DNA of 64,000 nt from Amoebidium appalachense (Eukaryota > Protista > Ichthyosporea), in the NCBI GenBank assembly GCA_963693365.1, contig CAVNZM010000014.1, positions 3,472,001-3,536,000 of the forward strand. The letters run 5' to 3'. The position numbers were made by a program, and so were the translations under genes. The notes under the pieces were generated by a model, which was given only the letters and a program-made list of their open reading frames with translations, searched no databases and was not told the origin of the DNA. Position 1 is the first letter of the stretch; the number at the start of each line of letters is the position of its first letter. Below, piece after piece: positions 32,131 to 50,317 of this stretch.

Positions 32131-32935
32131 CGTTGTGTGTTTGAGGTGTAGCAACAGCCCAGAAGGAACTGTCACCGCGTTACCCTAGCGCGAAAAACCG
32201 CACTAAAAGAAAGGTGTAGCTTGTCGTATCCTAATGTATGTGTACTAGAGACGCGGCACTCTACTAAGTGTACACACACGAAAAGGAACGAACGTGTACA
32301 GAAAAACGGTAAAGTTTATTAAGACCAGGCTCCGACGGGCAAACTTAGATCCGTACGGATTGAGTCTAAGTTACGACTGAGGCCATCAAGGCCGTGCCCT
32401 ACAAGATCATCATCATCTGGCCCCCTACGATGCCACATTCCATTAACATTCCGATCTACTTTTATCGTGCGCCTGCACGAGCTAGGTCGATCTACTCAAC
32501 TAATATATTTATCCAAGTCTCACCCCTCACCCTCCCCCTAGTGGCACCGCAGAGTCTAAATCTACATTTCATACTATCCTCCCCCCCCTCCCTCCCCCCC
32601 TTTCCTCTACATCTACATATATAAATACGTTTGGCAACATATACTATCAAACCTTGCCAATCCTTACAAAAGGGCTTCTGCCCGAACAATCACATTCCTA
32701 AGTCCTCCTACGATCTATCCTACACACTAATTAGAATTCTATTGGACGGCTGTCCCGGCTGACGTGGTCCAATGCCCTGCGCCGGCAGAGGCAAGATGCA
32801 CGCAGCTGTTCAGCTATCTTGAGGCCCCGGACTTGATCTTGATGATCTGTGGACCCGGGCCACCCCCCCCCCCCCCCCCCCCCGATCTCGATCGTAGACT
32901 TAGGCTAATCTGCTGAGACGGATTAGTATATGTCA
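25884..32935 (-). mobile_element. Ty3/Gypsy chromovirus-type LTR retrotransposon
   Basis: LTRs 25884-26626 and 32222-32935 (TG...CA) differ by a few SNPs and a poly-C region. [22 protein letters not shown] next to the 3' LTR. Domain order PR-RT-RH-IN-chromodomain. Confidence 0.95.
26896..31493 (-). CDS. Gypsy pol polyprotein (protease, dUTPase-like spacer, RT, RNase H, integrase, chromodomain), broken into four ORFs near poly-G runs
   Basis: LLDGGAQVN and VLLGAPFF (protease); [29 protein letters not shown] and YLDD (RT); CDASKVAEGAVL and YTDHKP (RNase H); HEHPMAGHLG...CMHC, VAVDVVGP, LTDRS and SAYHPQANAISER (integrase); VDKIMDKK...YYLIRFEG...DQWLPEFHL (chromodomain). Confidence 0.93.
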
Positions 32936-33841
32936 GGGCCCGTGGGGATTGTTTTCTCGCTCGGATTTGGTCTGCATTGCTCTTTAAAGGGCTGACTTGC
33001 TTGCTGTGCCCCGGTAGGTTTTGAGGGGGGCGTGTTGGGGGGCAGCAGTAATGATGTCTTCTTGCGGAGTGTGGCCTGGTCATCGTCGCTCCATATGACT
33101 AGTTGGAGCAAACTAGTTTCACGCAGACACGTGCACTTGTACCTTTGCCCGCTGGTGTCCTTTGGTCACTTGTTGTTTTATTTTTTATTTCATTGCTGTG
33201 GCTCTTTCGAAGTCGGTTATTTTGGTGGTCATGTACTCCTGTGGCTGCACAATGTCATTGCCTTCATATCCACTGGTCCATTGATCAATAAATCCCAGTC
33301 AAGAGAAAAAAATTTACAGGATCATGGTAACACACAAACGATACGCCCCAAAACAATGAGTATATGAGGTTTGGGGGTTTGCGCTGTTTACTCGAGGCAA
33401 AGATATGAGGTTTCTTCATCTTGAAGCAGCTCCAAATATGATTGGGCACACGTCGCACCCTCCGCTGGCGTGGGTATAAAAACTCATCCACTATGCAGGA
33501 AAGCCTTCATTCTTCCGCAAAGAAAGCTACAGTAAGCGACACACACACATGTACACCTTTGCTTGAAACAAGGGTACGTCGTCATCTTTTTCAAAACTGT
33601 GCTCCTTACAATAGCTATAGCGCTGAGCGCGGCGTGCTTTGCACATAGAGATAATTCGCTTTATATTGTTGTGTTACTTGGTGTGCAATATACACCTGTT
33701 TTTTTTTTAACCTTCACCTAGCTGAATTCGACGATGCTCTGAAGCAGTGGACAACAACGAGATTCTCGGTGTTCTTTCTAATATTAATTAATATCGAAAA
33801 TGCACAAAGCTTTTTGGCTATCCGTTCTGCTGCCCGCAGCG

Positions 33842-36800
33842 TGTAAACAACTGTACACATGAACTGTACATGTTTACTAAAGAATGTGATCTACTAGCAC
33901 ACGATTCGTGCTTTGTCATGAATATCACATAAATATTATGTCCGTACCAATAGGACTCACTCTGACCTAAGAATTGAACCATATATGGTTCTTCAGCAGC
34001 ATACCACATAAACGAAGTGAACCAATAAGAGGTTTGCATAAATAGGACAAAGGTCTGACTGGCTCGGACCGCACCAGAATCACGAATGGCATGTTGCCAC
34101 CCGCGCTGGCCGCGGATGAACCAATCCTGGGCCTTGATCCGAAACCTGGGGGCTATTTAAGAAAGCCGTCCCAGTACGGGGATCACATCAGTGAAGTCTG
34201 AGACAGACTGAGTCGGCCCATAGTAAAAGCAACCTGGCCGCGTGTGCCTTTCTACCCGTTCTCTGTCTTTATTTTGATTCAGTTGTACTCTGCCTTATCC
34301 TAACTAGTCCAACTGTTTACATTGGCGACCGCGCAGTTCAAGAATCTCGCATCCTTCGAATCTCACATCTTTCAATCAGTTCAAGAATCTCACATCTTTC
34401 AATCAGCTCAAGAATCTCCCATGGCCGATCACAATCCTTTTTTACCCCAACTGTTTACATTGGCCGCGGTCGCCAATGTAAACAGTTGGACTAGTTAGGA
34501 TAAGGCAGAGTACAACTGAATCAAAATAAAGACAGAGAACGGGTAGAAAGGCACACGCGGCCAGGTTGCTTTTACTATGGGCCGACTCAGTCTGTCTCAG
34601 ACTTCACTGATGTGATCCCCGTACTGGGACGGCTTTCTTATATAGCCCCAGGTTTCGGATCAAGGCCCAGGATTGGTTCATCCGCGGCCAGCGCGGGTGG
34701 CAACATGCCATTCGTGATTCTGGTGCGGTCCGAGCCAGTCAGACCTTCGTCCTATTTAAGCTGTAAAAACATCTTATTGGTTCACTTCGTTGATGTGGTA
34801 TGCAGCGGTAGAACCATATATGGTTTATTTCTTAGGTAAGATTGATTCCTATTGGTGCGGACATAATATTTATGTGATATTCGTTACAAAGCAGGAATCG
34901 TGTGCTAGTACATCACATTCTTTAGTAAACATATACAGTTCATGTGTACAGTTGTTTACACTCCCCCCCTTGTCGGGAGCCTGGTGGTGTCGTTAGACAA
35001 GCAAACCACCAGGCTGAGAGGCGATAAACAACCTTCAGCGAGAATTCTTGTGTGTGCCGAGCTGCTGGACAGAACAGAGCAAGGACGGTGGAATAGAGTT
35101 GTGCACGTCTATGAGCACTTCTTCATTTGCCAAAACGTAAATTCATGCAGCATTCTTCTGTGATTTCATTTTCGTGGCGAAGATTGTTGCAGAGTGTGCG
35201 TGCGAATAATTCGCTAAGCCTTCGTCTCTGTGCTTGGCTTTTCTGTAGAAGTAGTATTTTCCTTTTTGGGAATTTTTCCTTTTTAGGATACTCCCGCAGA
35301 TTCGTTTTCAATTGCGAGTAATTTGGTTGTGTGGATGAATGATCATACCAAACATTCGATAATGAATATAACTCGAGCCTTAGGTCACTTCGTAGCTCAG
35401 GTAGTGGTGGATAGCTTCAAGGCTTGCGAGTGTGGACGTGCATGCGGTGGCATGGACACGATGGCAGTGTGCAATAGGGCAATGCACGCAAGGGCAACGG
35501 TTTTATTTTCTTCCTAACATAGAGGGGGCTGTGTGCATTGCAACCCAAGCAGTGTTGTGCATTCGTCCTTTCATTTTCGTATTTCCAGTTCATTTTGCTT
35601 TCGTTTTTCGTTTTTTGTCGTTTGATAAATTCGTTACTTCGTTTTGTTTTCGTGTTGCATTCATTTCGTATTTCCTCTATGCATTCGTTTGTCGTTAATT
35701 CTTTATTTCATTGCGTATTCGTGATGGTTCGTTTTTCGTTGGTTCATTGCTTCGTAGAACCTTGTCCGAGTAGCTTCGAATATATACTCTTACAAGTTTG
35801 AAGTGGCCAGCCCACCTACACGGAAAGAATTGAAAGCATGTTTAAACTTCTTTTGTAGTGCTGGACACATCAAAAATGTGAAGAAAAACGAATACACTAC
35901 GAAACAACGAATACACGAACAAAAGAATTGAACTAACGAAGCAATGAACCAACGAAAAACGAACCATCACGAATACGCAATGAAATAAAGAATTAACGAC
36001 AAGCGAATGCATAGAGGAAATACGAATGAATGCAACACAAAACAAAACAAAGTAACGAAGTTATCAAACGACAAAAAACGAAAAACGAAAGCAAAATGAA
36101 ATGGAAATACGAAAATGAAAGAACGAATGCACAACACTGCTTGGGTTGCAATGCACACAGCCCCCTCTATGTTACGAAGAAAAGAAAACCGTTGCCCTTG
36201 CGTGCATTGCGCTATTGCACACTGTCATCGTGTCCATGCCACCGCATGCACCTCCACACTCGCAAGCCAGATGCACGGCCACTTTCAGCACGAATGCATT
36301 TAAAGAAGAAGATAGTCGCTGTTCCTATAGCATTGAGGACATAAGGTGCTGTGAAAGTAGTTTTGCATGCATGCTTCGAATTTCTTGCTGTTTTCGAATA
36401 CAGCATGCCCCATAGTTTAGCGCACACTGGATGCACAACATGCGCATGAATGTATGCTGGCATGCCTAAACACATTACGAACATATGCCTCATGTATGGC
36501 GGCCCTTCCTGGTGCCACGCCCTAACGAATTTGCACTCTTGGTGCACAAAAGGCATGTAATAAAGTCGATGCAGAACTTTTGTTCATGCATGTGAAAAAC
36601 AAAGAAGGTGTTGGGTACGAATTTTAAGGTGAATGCCCGTCTGTGGCAATACTGTGTAACATACCAATTACACTGTCAAGCCTTGCACTAGCTGCCGGCA
36701 CACCCCCACCAGAACAAAAGAATGTGGTATGGGCACCGTTCCCTCACAACCCCAGCATACAGTGTCAGTATTTTGGCTGGAAGCCTTTCAGTTTCGAATT

Positions 36801-38686
36801 ACGAATACCCTCCTTCACTACTGAAGAAAGTGACGTGGAAGACGAATACGAATACGAATGCAAGGTGTTGTTGACTAACACATCGGACCATCATGTGTAC
36901 CTAGGCCCTGGTACGGAGGTGACCATGTTATTCCCTTGCAATATGATGACACTGTAACAATTTAGCACGTGCATACCCCACCAATGGGCACATGCGGGAG
37001 ACAACCCCACAAGCTGCCTTATTGGGCACCTCTGCTAAAACGAATATTCTTCTCACGAAGGAACAGAAGAATGCCACGAACACGAACCACACACTCACCA
37101 GGCAGCTACTTACATCTAATGTATGTAAGAAGTAGGGTGTGTGAACGGGGTAACTTCATGAACACCAACACGAAAGAAAGCACAGCACAAAGCAGTTCCA
37201 CGAATACGAATGGTTTTGGTATTCCACACAACGAACAGAACCTACAGTAGGGCCACCTACAAATGAAGCAGAGGATGGGGCACCATCCAGACCTGCACTG
37301 GAGGATATGAAAACACGAAGCGCGCTCACGAAGTTGCTTACAAAAGAAAGGGCGACTCCGACGACTTTTCTTTTTAGGCCAAGCCTCCAGAAGAATGTAT
37401 TATGCCTGGAATCCCCCTGCTCAACGAAAATGGCTGGCAAATGGGATACGAAAACTGCTCACGAATGGAAGCATGTGTTTTCTGAAGGAGGCTTGCTTTG
37501 CCTACCCTCTTCTTATGAATTATGAACCGGGCTTTTACTGGTTCTGACGGGTGATATATTTCTTTATGTCGCCCAACGAAGAACACTTGGGCATTTTTAT
37601 TCATGTTTTTCCCAGCTCCGATGATGCAGAGTTAAAGCTGAAAGGAAAGAAGTGCTATTTGTTCATGAAAGAAGCGGCTTTTCCGGCCATGGTGACTCGC
37701 CTTACAGTCTTAAGGTAGAACCGGGATAAGGAGCAGCGGCTAAGCCTTGAAGCTATCCACCACTACCTGAGCTACGAAGTGACCTAAGGCTCGAGTTATA
37801 TTCATTATCGAATGTTTGGTATGATCATTCATCCACACAACCAAATTACTCGCAATTGAAAACGAATCTGCGGGAGTATCCTAAAAAGGAAAAATTCCCA
37901 AAAAGGAAAATACTACTTCTACAGAAAAGCCAAGCACAGAGACGAAGGCTTAGCGAATTATTCGCACGCACACTCTGCAACAATCTTCGCCACGAAAATG
38001 AAATCACAGAAGAATGCTGCATGAATTTACGTTTTGGCAAATGAAGAAGTGCTCATAGACGTGCACAACTCTATTCCACCGTCCTTGCTCTGTTCTGTCC
38101 AGCAGCTCGGCACACACAAGAATTCTCGCTGAAGGTTGTTTATCGCCTCTCAGCCTGGTGGTTTGCTTGTCTAACGACACCACCAGGCTCCCGACAAGGG
38201 GGGGAGTGTAAACAACTGTACACATGAACTGTACATGTTTACTAAAGAATGTGATCTACTAGCACACGATTCGTGCTTTGTCATGAATATCACATAAATA
38301 TTATGTCCGCACCAAAAGGACTCACTCTGACCTAAGAATTGAACCATATATGGTTCTTCAGCTGCATACCACATAAACGAAGTGAACCAATACGAGGTTT
38401 GCATAAATAGGACAAAGGTCTGACTGGCTCGGACCGCACCAGAATCACGAATGGCATGTTGCCACCCGCGCTGGCCGCGGATGAACCAATCCTGGGCCTT
38501 GATCCGAAACCTGGGGGCTATATAAGAAAGCCGTCCCAGTACGGGGATCACATCAGTGAAGTCTGAGACAGACTGAGTCGGCCCATAGTAAAAGCAACCT
38601 GGCCGCGTGTGCCTTTCTACCCGTTCTCTGTCTTTATTTTGATTCAGTTGTACTCTGCCTTATCCTAACTAGTCCAACTGTTTACA
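33842..38686 (+). mobile_element. Non-autonomous LTR retroelement, copy 2 (same family as 22042-25607), rearranged, with three LTRs
   Basis: 5' LTR 33842-34321, PBS TGGCGACCGCG at 34323, PPT at ~38196-38206, 3' LTR 38207-38686. TSD CAGCG at 33837-33841 and 38687-38691. The interior is the reverse complement of copy 1 plus an extra inverted block. Confidence 0.92.
34465..35755 (-). repeat. Inverted self-duplication inside copy 2: internal sequence, PPT, LTR (34477-34960), PBS
   Basis: Reverse complement of the element's own sequence. Internal ~1.5-kb deletion at GGCTT microhomology (35421-35425). Left junction is an 18-bp perfect hairpin at 34447-34489. Confidence 0.88.
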
Positions 38687-41256
38687 CAGCGGCAGCGGTT
38701 TCGGCCTTAACCCTTGAGCAACACATGGAAAAAATCTAGGAACTCCTTCATGAAGAGGGGAAATTCCTGTGCCCTGTGGGGCACTTCTTGAAGGGCAGCG
38801 AGAATTTTGAAGGTAAGAGTTTTTGGAGGGGTCAGAGCCGGGCACGAAACTTTTCTTGACAATGTAAAATTTTAGGGGAAGTGGAGAGGAGAAGGAGGGG
38901 AGGGAAAGAAAAAAGAAGGGAGACCGTTTGCGTTGGTCTCTCACAACTCACAAAATTTAAATCCTGGCGGGCTGCTTTTTTCTTTTTTCGGGTTTATTTT
39001 TTGATCGGTGTGATTACTAATTCCCCTCCTTTTGCAGCAAAAAATGTACACCGCCTAACATCAACTATTTTTTCACTTACAGACTCCCGGCCCGTGTGCA
39101 TCGACTCGGAGGAATCAAGCGGGGTGTGCACGTTGGGCAGCAAGCACCTAAACACCACGTGCATGCCAACAAACTGCCACCGCCACGGCAAAGACTAGGT
39201 CTTCCACCATGCCGAGCAGAAATGCGCACCACCCACATGCCCTTCAGGGTACAGCGTACGAATTCAGTGGCGAGAAAAACATGTGTGTTCAAGTGAACAA
39301 CAATGCCAAGACCGAGGTTCTCAATCGCAGCCGTCGAGCCACGGCATGCTACTCTGGCAAGGTTTGGAGCCCGATCGCGACGCATAATATGTGCGTGTGC
39401 CCGGCCTCCATGATTTGGAGCCTCACTTACAGGACGTGCGTCACAGGCGTGTGCCCCCGCGGCTACCTCCGGGACAAGGTCGGTGTGTGCTATGACCAGA
39501 ACGAGTGTGCCACCCCCCGAGATATGCGGCTGCTGCGGTACATGCGTGAACACCGCTGGGTCTTTCCAGTGCAAGTGCGGTACCACGTCCCAATACGTGA
39601 AGTGTTCGGGTTGCCCTCCGCGCATTCGCAAGGAATGGAGGTCTCTCACGGTCACCGAGAAGGCTACGTTCAAGGGCGCGCTGAAGAGGCTGTTTGCCAC
39701 CAACACGTACCACGTCAAGGTTGTCGCCTACCACGAGCAAATGTCCGTCATGGAGTACGGCCACAACTCCAACGCTTTCCTTTCGTGGCACCGTTGGTTC
39801 GTTTTTTTGTTTGAGAACCAGCTTCGCTCTCTCGGTGGCGTCTACGGATGCATCACCATTCCCTTTTGGGATTGGACCGCCGACGTGAAATCCGATCCTA
39901 ACGCCGTCCCCCTCATCTCCGTCGTGCAAGAAATGGCTGGTACCGGCTCAAGTTGCATTCTCGACAGTTTCAAGTTCTTTGGGTTTTATCGCTACGCTGG
40001 TGGCCAGTGTGCCGTCGCGTCCGTTCGCCGCCGGCTGGCGTCCCCCAGGTCCCGGCCTTGCTATGTCTAGCGCTGTGGTCAACAGCGCTACTTTCACCAC
40101 GTTTTCAGACAAGCTTAATAAGCTGTGGCATGGATATGTGCACGACTTCATCGGTGCATGGGGTGCCACCATGTCTGACGTGCTGCTCTCTCCCAACGAC
40201 CCCATCTTCTGGCTGCACCATTCCAACGTTGACCGTGTGTGGTTCCAGTGGCAGGTGAGAGTGATGTCTTAGGCTATTATCCCGAGCCTTCATCTTTCAT
40301 CCCACAACTCCTGCATTATAGTACTCGTAGGATTCTTGCTTCCTGGTACGTTAGAATCGACCCTGTTTTGTAAAACCTTGGTCATCCACGGCACTAGCTC
40401 ACTCGCTCTTCCTCTCCCTCTCCCATCACCGCCTCCCTCCCTCCCTCCCTCCCTCTCTTTTTCTTGCTTTCTGTTTTTTAGCTACGAGTTGCTGGCATTC
40501 CTTTTCAAATGATTAAACAGTCACATATACTAACTTCCGCCCTCTTCCATCACAGAATGCCACGGGTACGCCGGAACTCCCCCAGCGACCATCCCTTCTG
40601 CCTGGTACTCGCAAAACAGCAACCCAGTTCCCCACGGTTTCGACAGCACGCTTGTTGCTTTCCCCACCAAGGTTACCCCACGCAACGTTAACAGCATCTA
40701 CCGCCTCGGCTACGGGTTTGCACGCTCCAAGTTCACCGGGACGTGGGACCCGGATGTGATTTTGCGCAAACCTCCGCCGCCGCCGTGAAAACGACATTTC
40801 TGTGAGTGCAGTGGGCGGAAGCAACAGTAAGGGCGTTGGAAACGGTACCGAAAATGGAAACAACGGCAACCACAACGGAAACGGAGATAGCAATGGAAAC
40901 GGGAACAATGGGAACGACGGGACCGATAATAACAATGGGGGCAACGGAAACAAACCCGTTGAGCACCCGGTGCCGCCCGAGATTGTTAAGCTGGTAGGAA
41001 ACCGCGACAAGACAAAGGACAAAGACGAGAATTCCGCACAGCAGTTTGCCGCCGACAAAACGAACAGAATGTTTGTGCTGCAACTCGCATCCACCGGCCC
41101 CGTCGGGAAAAAACTGAAAGATGCTGCCGCGTTGGAGTGCGGATTTTGGGGTCCCGCTAAGAAACTTAGCACTGAGTGGTCGACGATGTTGGGCATTCCT
41201 GACTCAAACCCTGACTGCCCGGCAGCTTAAAAATTTTCATTTCTCATGAGGTTTTT

Positions 41257-41287
<31 letters not shown>

Positions 41288-42278
41288 GGACTTTTATATC
41301 ATTCTATGCTCTCATGTAAAAGTCGTTCTAGGGCTTCCTTACGCGACATTTCTGCAACGATGATATACCAGGCTAGAGTGCAGTTTTGTAAGCTGGCATT
41401 TTTCAGATCTTCCATTATTATGAATAGCCATGGCATCCAATAATATTAGATTCAAAACTGATCGCTAGTGTCCGTTGTACAGCAACAACGAGTATAATTG
41501 ATAGTCACCTGTACACACGAGCCGGAAATTTAGACCATTGTAAAACCCGCGAGGGGGTTTTTTAGTTTAGTTTTGCCCCATGTTGCAGCCTCCGACAGGC
41601 CCCGGATGGGCCCTTAGTTTTTGTCTTGCCAGACCGCCTGGCCTTGTAGATACATATTTGGTTAACTACTTCATGAGCTATGTACATGCACCCTCGAGCC
41701 CGGAGGCTCAGTATGCAGTTCAAATAAAGTTTATGGTCATAATTATAAACCTTACAGTTTCTGAAATGCTTGTTGTTATATCTCGATGTGAATCAAAGCT
41801 TCCTCCCTCCCCCCGGCCCCCGTCCCCTTCAACTCAATGGGAAGCAAAGTTCCCCTTCCCCCCCCTCCCCCGACTCTTCCAATGCCAACCACAGCTTCCC
41901 CACCCATTCCCCCTTCCCTCCCCTTCCACACACACGCACACACTGGCACACACACATCCGCATGCACACACCTGGCCTCTCGGGTATTGTGGGGTGTGTA
42001 TGACTTGGACCCCTACTGAGGAAGGCCTATGCTTATAATGCATACTCTTTGTGTGCTTTGCACTTTGCATTGTGTTGTCATTTATCAGCAGTGCGCACTA
42101 TCACTCCTTCCTCTCACCCCTCCCTCACCCCTCCCTCCCCCCCCCCCCCCCCCCCCCCCCCCTTCCCCTCGAGATCCCATACAAACACGTGTACACCAAC
42201 AGCAGCAGCGACTCTCCAGGCGCCCCTATATTTACAAAACAATTCATTATCCGAACCTCCTTCCCCCCCCCTCCCCCC

Positions 42279-42331
<53 letters not shown>

Positions 42332-42871
42332 GGCGCCCTCCCCCTTACCCCACACAGGTAGTTATCACTGTCACTTAAGTAAGGTATAATGAACAGCGAA
42401 ATGAACGGGAAAAGACGGACCGGGTACCGATTTCTCTCCAGCCAATTACTTCAACCGTTCTAAGCATGGTCAAGTTCTAATTTAAACTTTCTGTGTATGC
42501 CGTACCAGGCAGCACGTGCAGTTCAACCGGGCCGAGGGTGGTGGTGATGGTGGTGGTGGTGGTGTGGGGGGGGGGAGGAGGGGGGAGGGGGGGGGAGGGG
42601 GGGGGGGGAAGGGGGGGGGAGGGGGGGGGGGGGGGGGGGGGGGACAGGAGGTTGGGGGGAGGAGAGAGGATGAAAGAACTCGAATTCATTTCGACAGACC
42701 CGGGGAGGGAGGGAGCTCCCGCCGAACCGCTCAGCCGCCCCCCCCCCCCCCCCCCCCCCCCCCTCCGGAAATTCTCCGGGGGGGAATTCCCACACATCTA
42801 TGCGCCAAGCACCCAAAAGTGCTATCCCTATCCCCAACGGTAAGTACCTCAGCCTGATGTTTGCCCGCCAG

Positions 42872-42916
<45 letters not shown>

Positions 42917-43147
42917 CCACCACCACCACTTCTCCTCGCCCCTGCCTGTCCACTTGCCAGAATTGTTTATGCTAGCCCCTGGTCATGATGTAGCACTATA
43001 TAAAAAAAATGTTATATCTCCACATATGGTGTAAGTGTAACACCGATTTTTTACATGTATATCTTGTTGGGTGGAAGTACTGTTGGCCTTGGTGCCGACA
43101 AATCATCACAGCTCACCTACATGTCGTTAATAAACAGCACATCCACA

Positions 43148-43185
<38 letters not shown>

Positions 43186-43496
43186 AGCACTATATTAGAT
43201 TTTGATTTTTTTTCCAGGGGCCGGAATCACTGCCAAAGACTTCCGATGCAATGGATCACGTGCCTCATACTACCGGGGTCACCCGCAACTTGTAACTATA
43301 TGCAAATATATGCGAACATATGCGAACAAATGCGAAAATACGCAACTTGCGGGTAGACCCCTTCGAAGTTCTGCCCAGAGCAGAATTTTTCTTAAAGGCG
43401 GCTGGAGGGCACAGCTAATATATTGGTCAATAACTGTGAAGTGGCAGAGGATTCCGAAGCAAATTTTTTATAGACCGACTATGTTTATTTCAGTTC

Positions 43497-43555
<59 letters not shown>

Positions 43556-44526
43556 TTCCCACCCCCTCGTCCTCTCCGCTCTCCCTGACCCCCTGTGGCA
43601 CCCTACCCCCTATTCTACCCCCCCCCCCCCCCCCCCCTTTTTAATGCCTGCTAACGCCTCTTACCAATCCCCTATGCCCTGTTCCATGGCCAAGCTTGCT
43701 CCCCCCCCCCCCCCTCCCCCTCCCCCCCCTTCCCCCCTCCCCGCTCACTCCCCCCCTACTCCTCCTCCTCCTCCTCCTTCAGATCCGATGTCTCAGTGAA
43801 GGTCTACCCATCTTTTGCATCGCCACTAATAAGGAACAAACCTATGTCACAAATATCAGCCGCACAACGCACAATATATAGCAGTTCTACCCGGGACACA
43901 CACTCGCCACCCATTCCGATGCACACGAAGTTCGCACATGTACATCATGCGCATGTTGATTGTAGCCCATGTGCGAATGGGAATCAACGCGGCCTGCATC
44001 AGTGTAGGTTCCGAAACAGGCAGGCCTAACACTGTATTAAGTCGTCAAGCTGTGCTGCAACGCACGTGCACGTGGCATGCGTGCACATGGACATGTGCAT
44101 GTCGAGACCTCCGCATCCTTCAATTCCCCGGCCGTGCTCGGCTGTCCTTTCCACCCCTGCTGGTACACGACGCTCTACTTTTGTGACGTCATACGTCGGC
44201 GTTCGTGAGTTTTGATTGGCCACCATTTTTTTCAGGCTTTTGTTCACTCAGTTTTTACAGGCTGCTTTTTACATAGCCATAGTCCGACATATAGCTTTAG
44301 GTGTGTGTGGAGGTAATCCTTACACGAATCATAATAAGGGGGATTACATATATCAGCTTATAAAGAGTCGAGATTCATTAAGCGGTTTTTCTACAACGCA
44401 GCCCCCAAGGGTCCGCAATACAGTACCCTTTCTTGATAACAAAAATAGTAAGCTTCAATTTCTTGCCATTCCTTCGTTTCACCCACTTATAATCACCAGG
44501 AGACATATACAACAGTCGTATATAAA

Positions 44527-49988
<5,462 letters not shown>

Positions 49989-50285
49989 TGGCTTCCCCCA
50001 CTTTTTCTGTGTGTGTGTAGTTTATGTGTGGTGGCATTTGCTGCATGTTCGAGTGTTTTGGGGGGGTTGGGGGTTTTTAATGTCGGAAAGCTTGTGCTAT
50101 CAAAGCTGGTAACAACGGGGTCGGTTTTTTCTTTTTCTGTGCTTTTTGTCAATGAGGGCAGGTCTGCAAGTGCTTGTTTGTATTCATTGTCAGTGGACTC
50201 CATTTCCAACCAGTGGGCGAGGTCGATATTTTAGTTCTGTGGGTGTGCGGTGGTGTGAACACCGTCATGGGGGAGGGAAAAAAAA

Positions 50286-50317
<32 letters not shown>

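Larger units (their letters stand above)
33800..41230 (+). pseudogene. Tyrosinase paralogue 2, pseudogene. Exon 1 = 33800-33841 + 38692-38812 (split by LTR element); exon 2 39083-40254; exon 3 40556-41230
   Basis: Removing the insertion and one TSD copy restores signal peptide MHKAFWLSVLLPAAAAVSA followed by FLCPVGH. Domains are colinear with gene 1 (EGF, RIRKEWRSLT, GHNSNAFLSWHR, WHGYVHDFIG, NDPIFWLHHSN, RRRR, NG linker, ALECGFWG). In-frame TAG at 38737 and 39196; frameshifts near 39255, 39515, 40015, 40556 and 40760. Confidence 0.85.

Noticed and set aside
25700-33300. Minus-strand reading rejoined across the chromovirus (LLPPNTPPSKPTG...GP|SPRKP...WPSCGRTH) as a Mutator transposase tail
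   Set aside because: Only a vague resemblance; no DDE or SWIM motif or TIRs found.
22042-38686. A single giant element with terminal inverted LTRs (DIRS/Polinton-like)
   Set aside because: Three separate matching TSD pairs show three independent LTR insertions; no tyrosine recombinase or PolB.
43216-43460. Possible hAT MITE (CAGGGG start, 10-bp ATGCGAA subrepeats at ~43299-43347)
   Set aside because: No matching right TIR or 8-bp TSD found.
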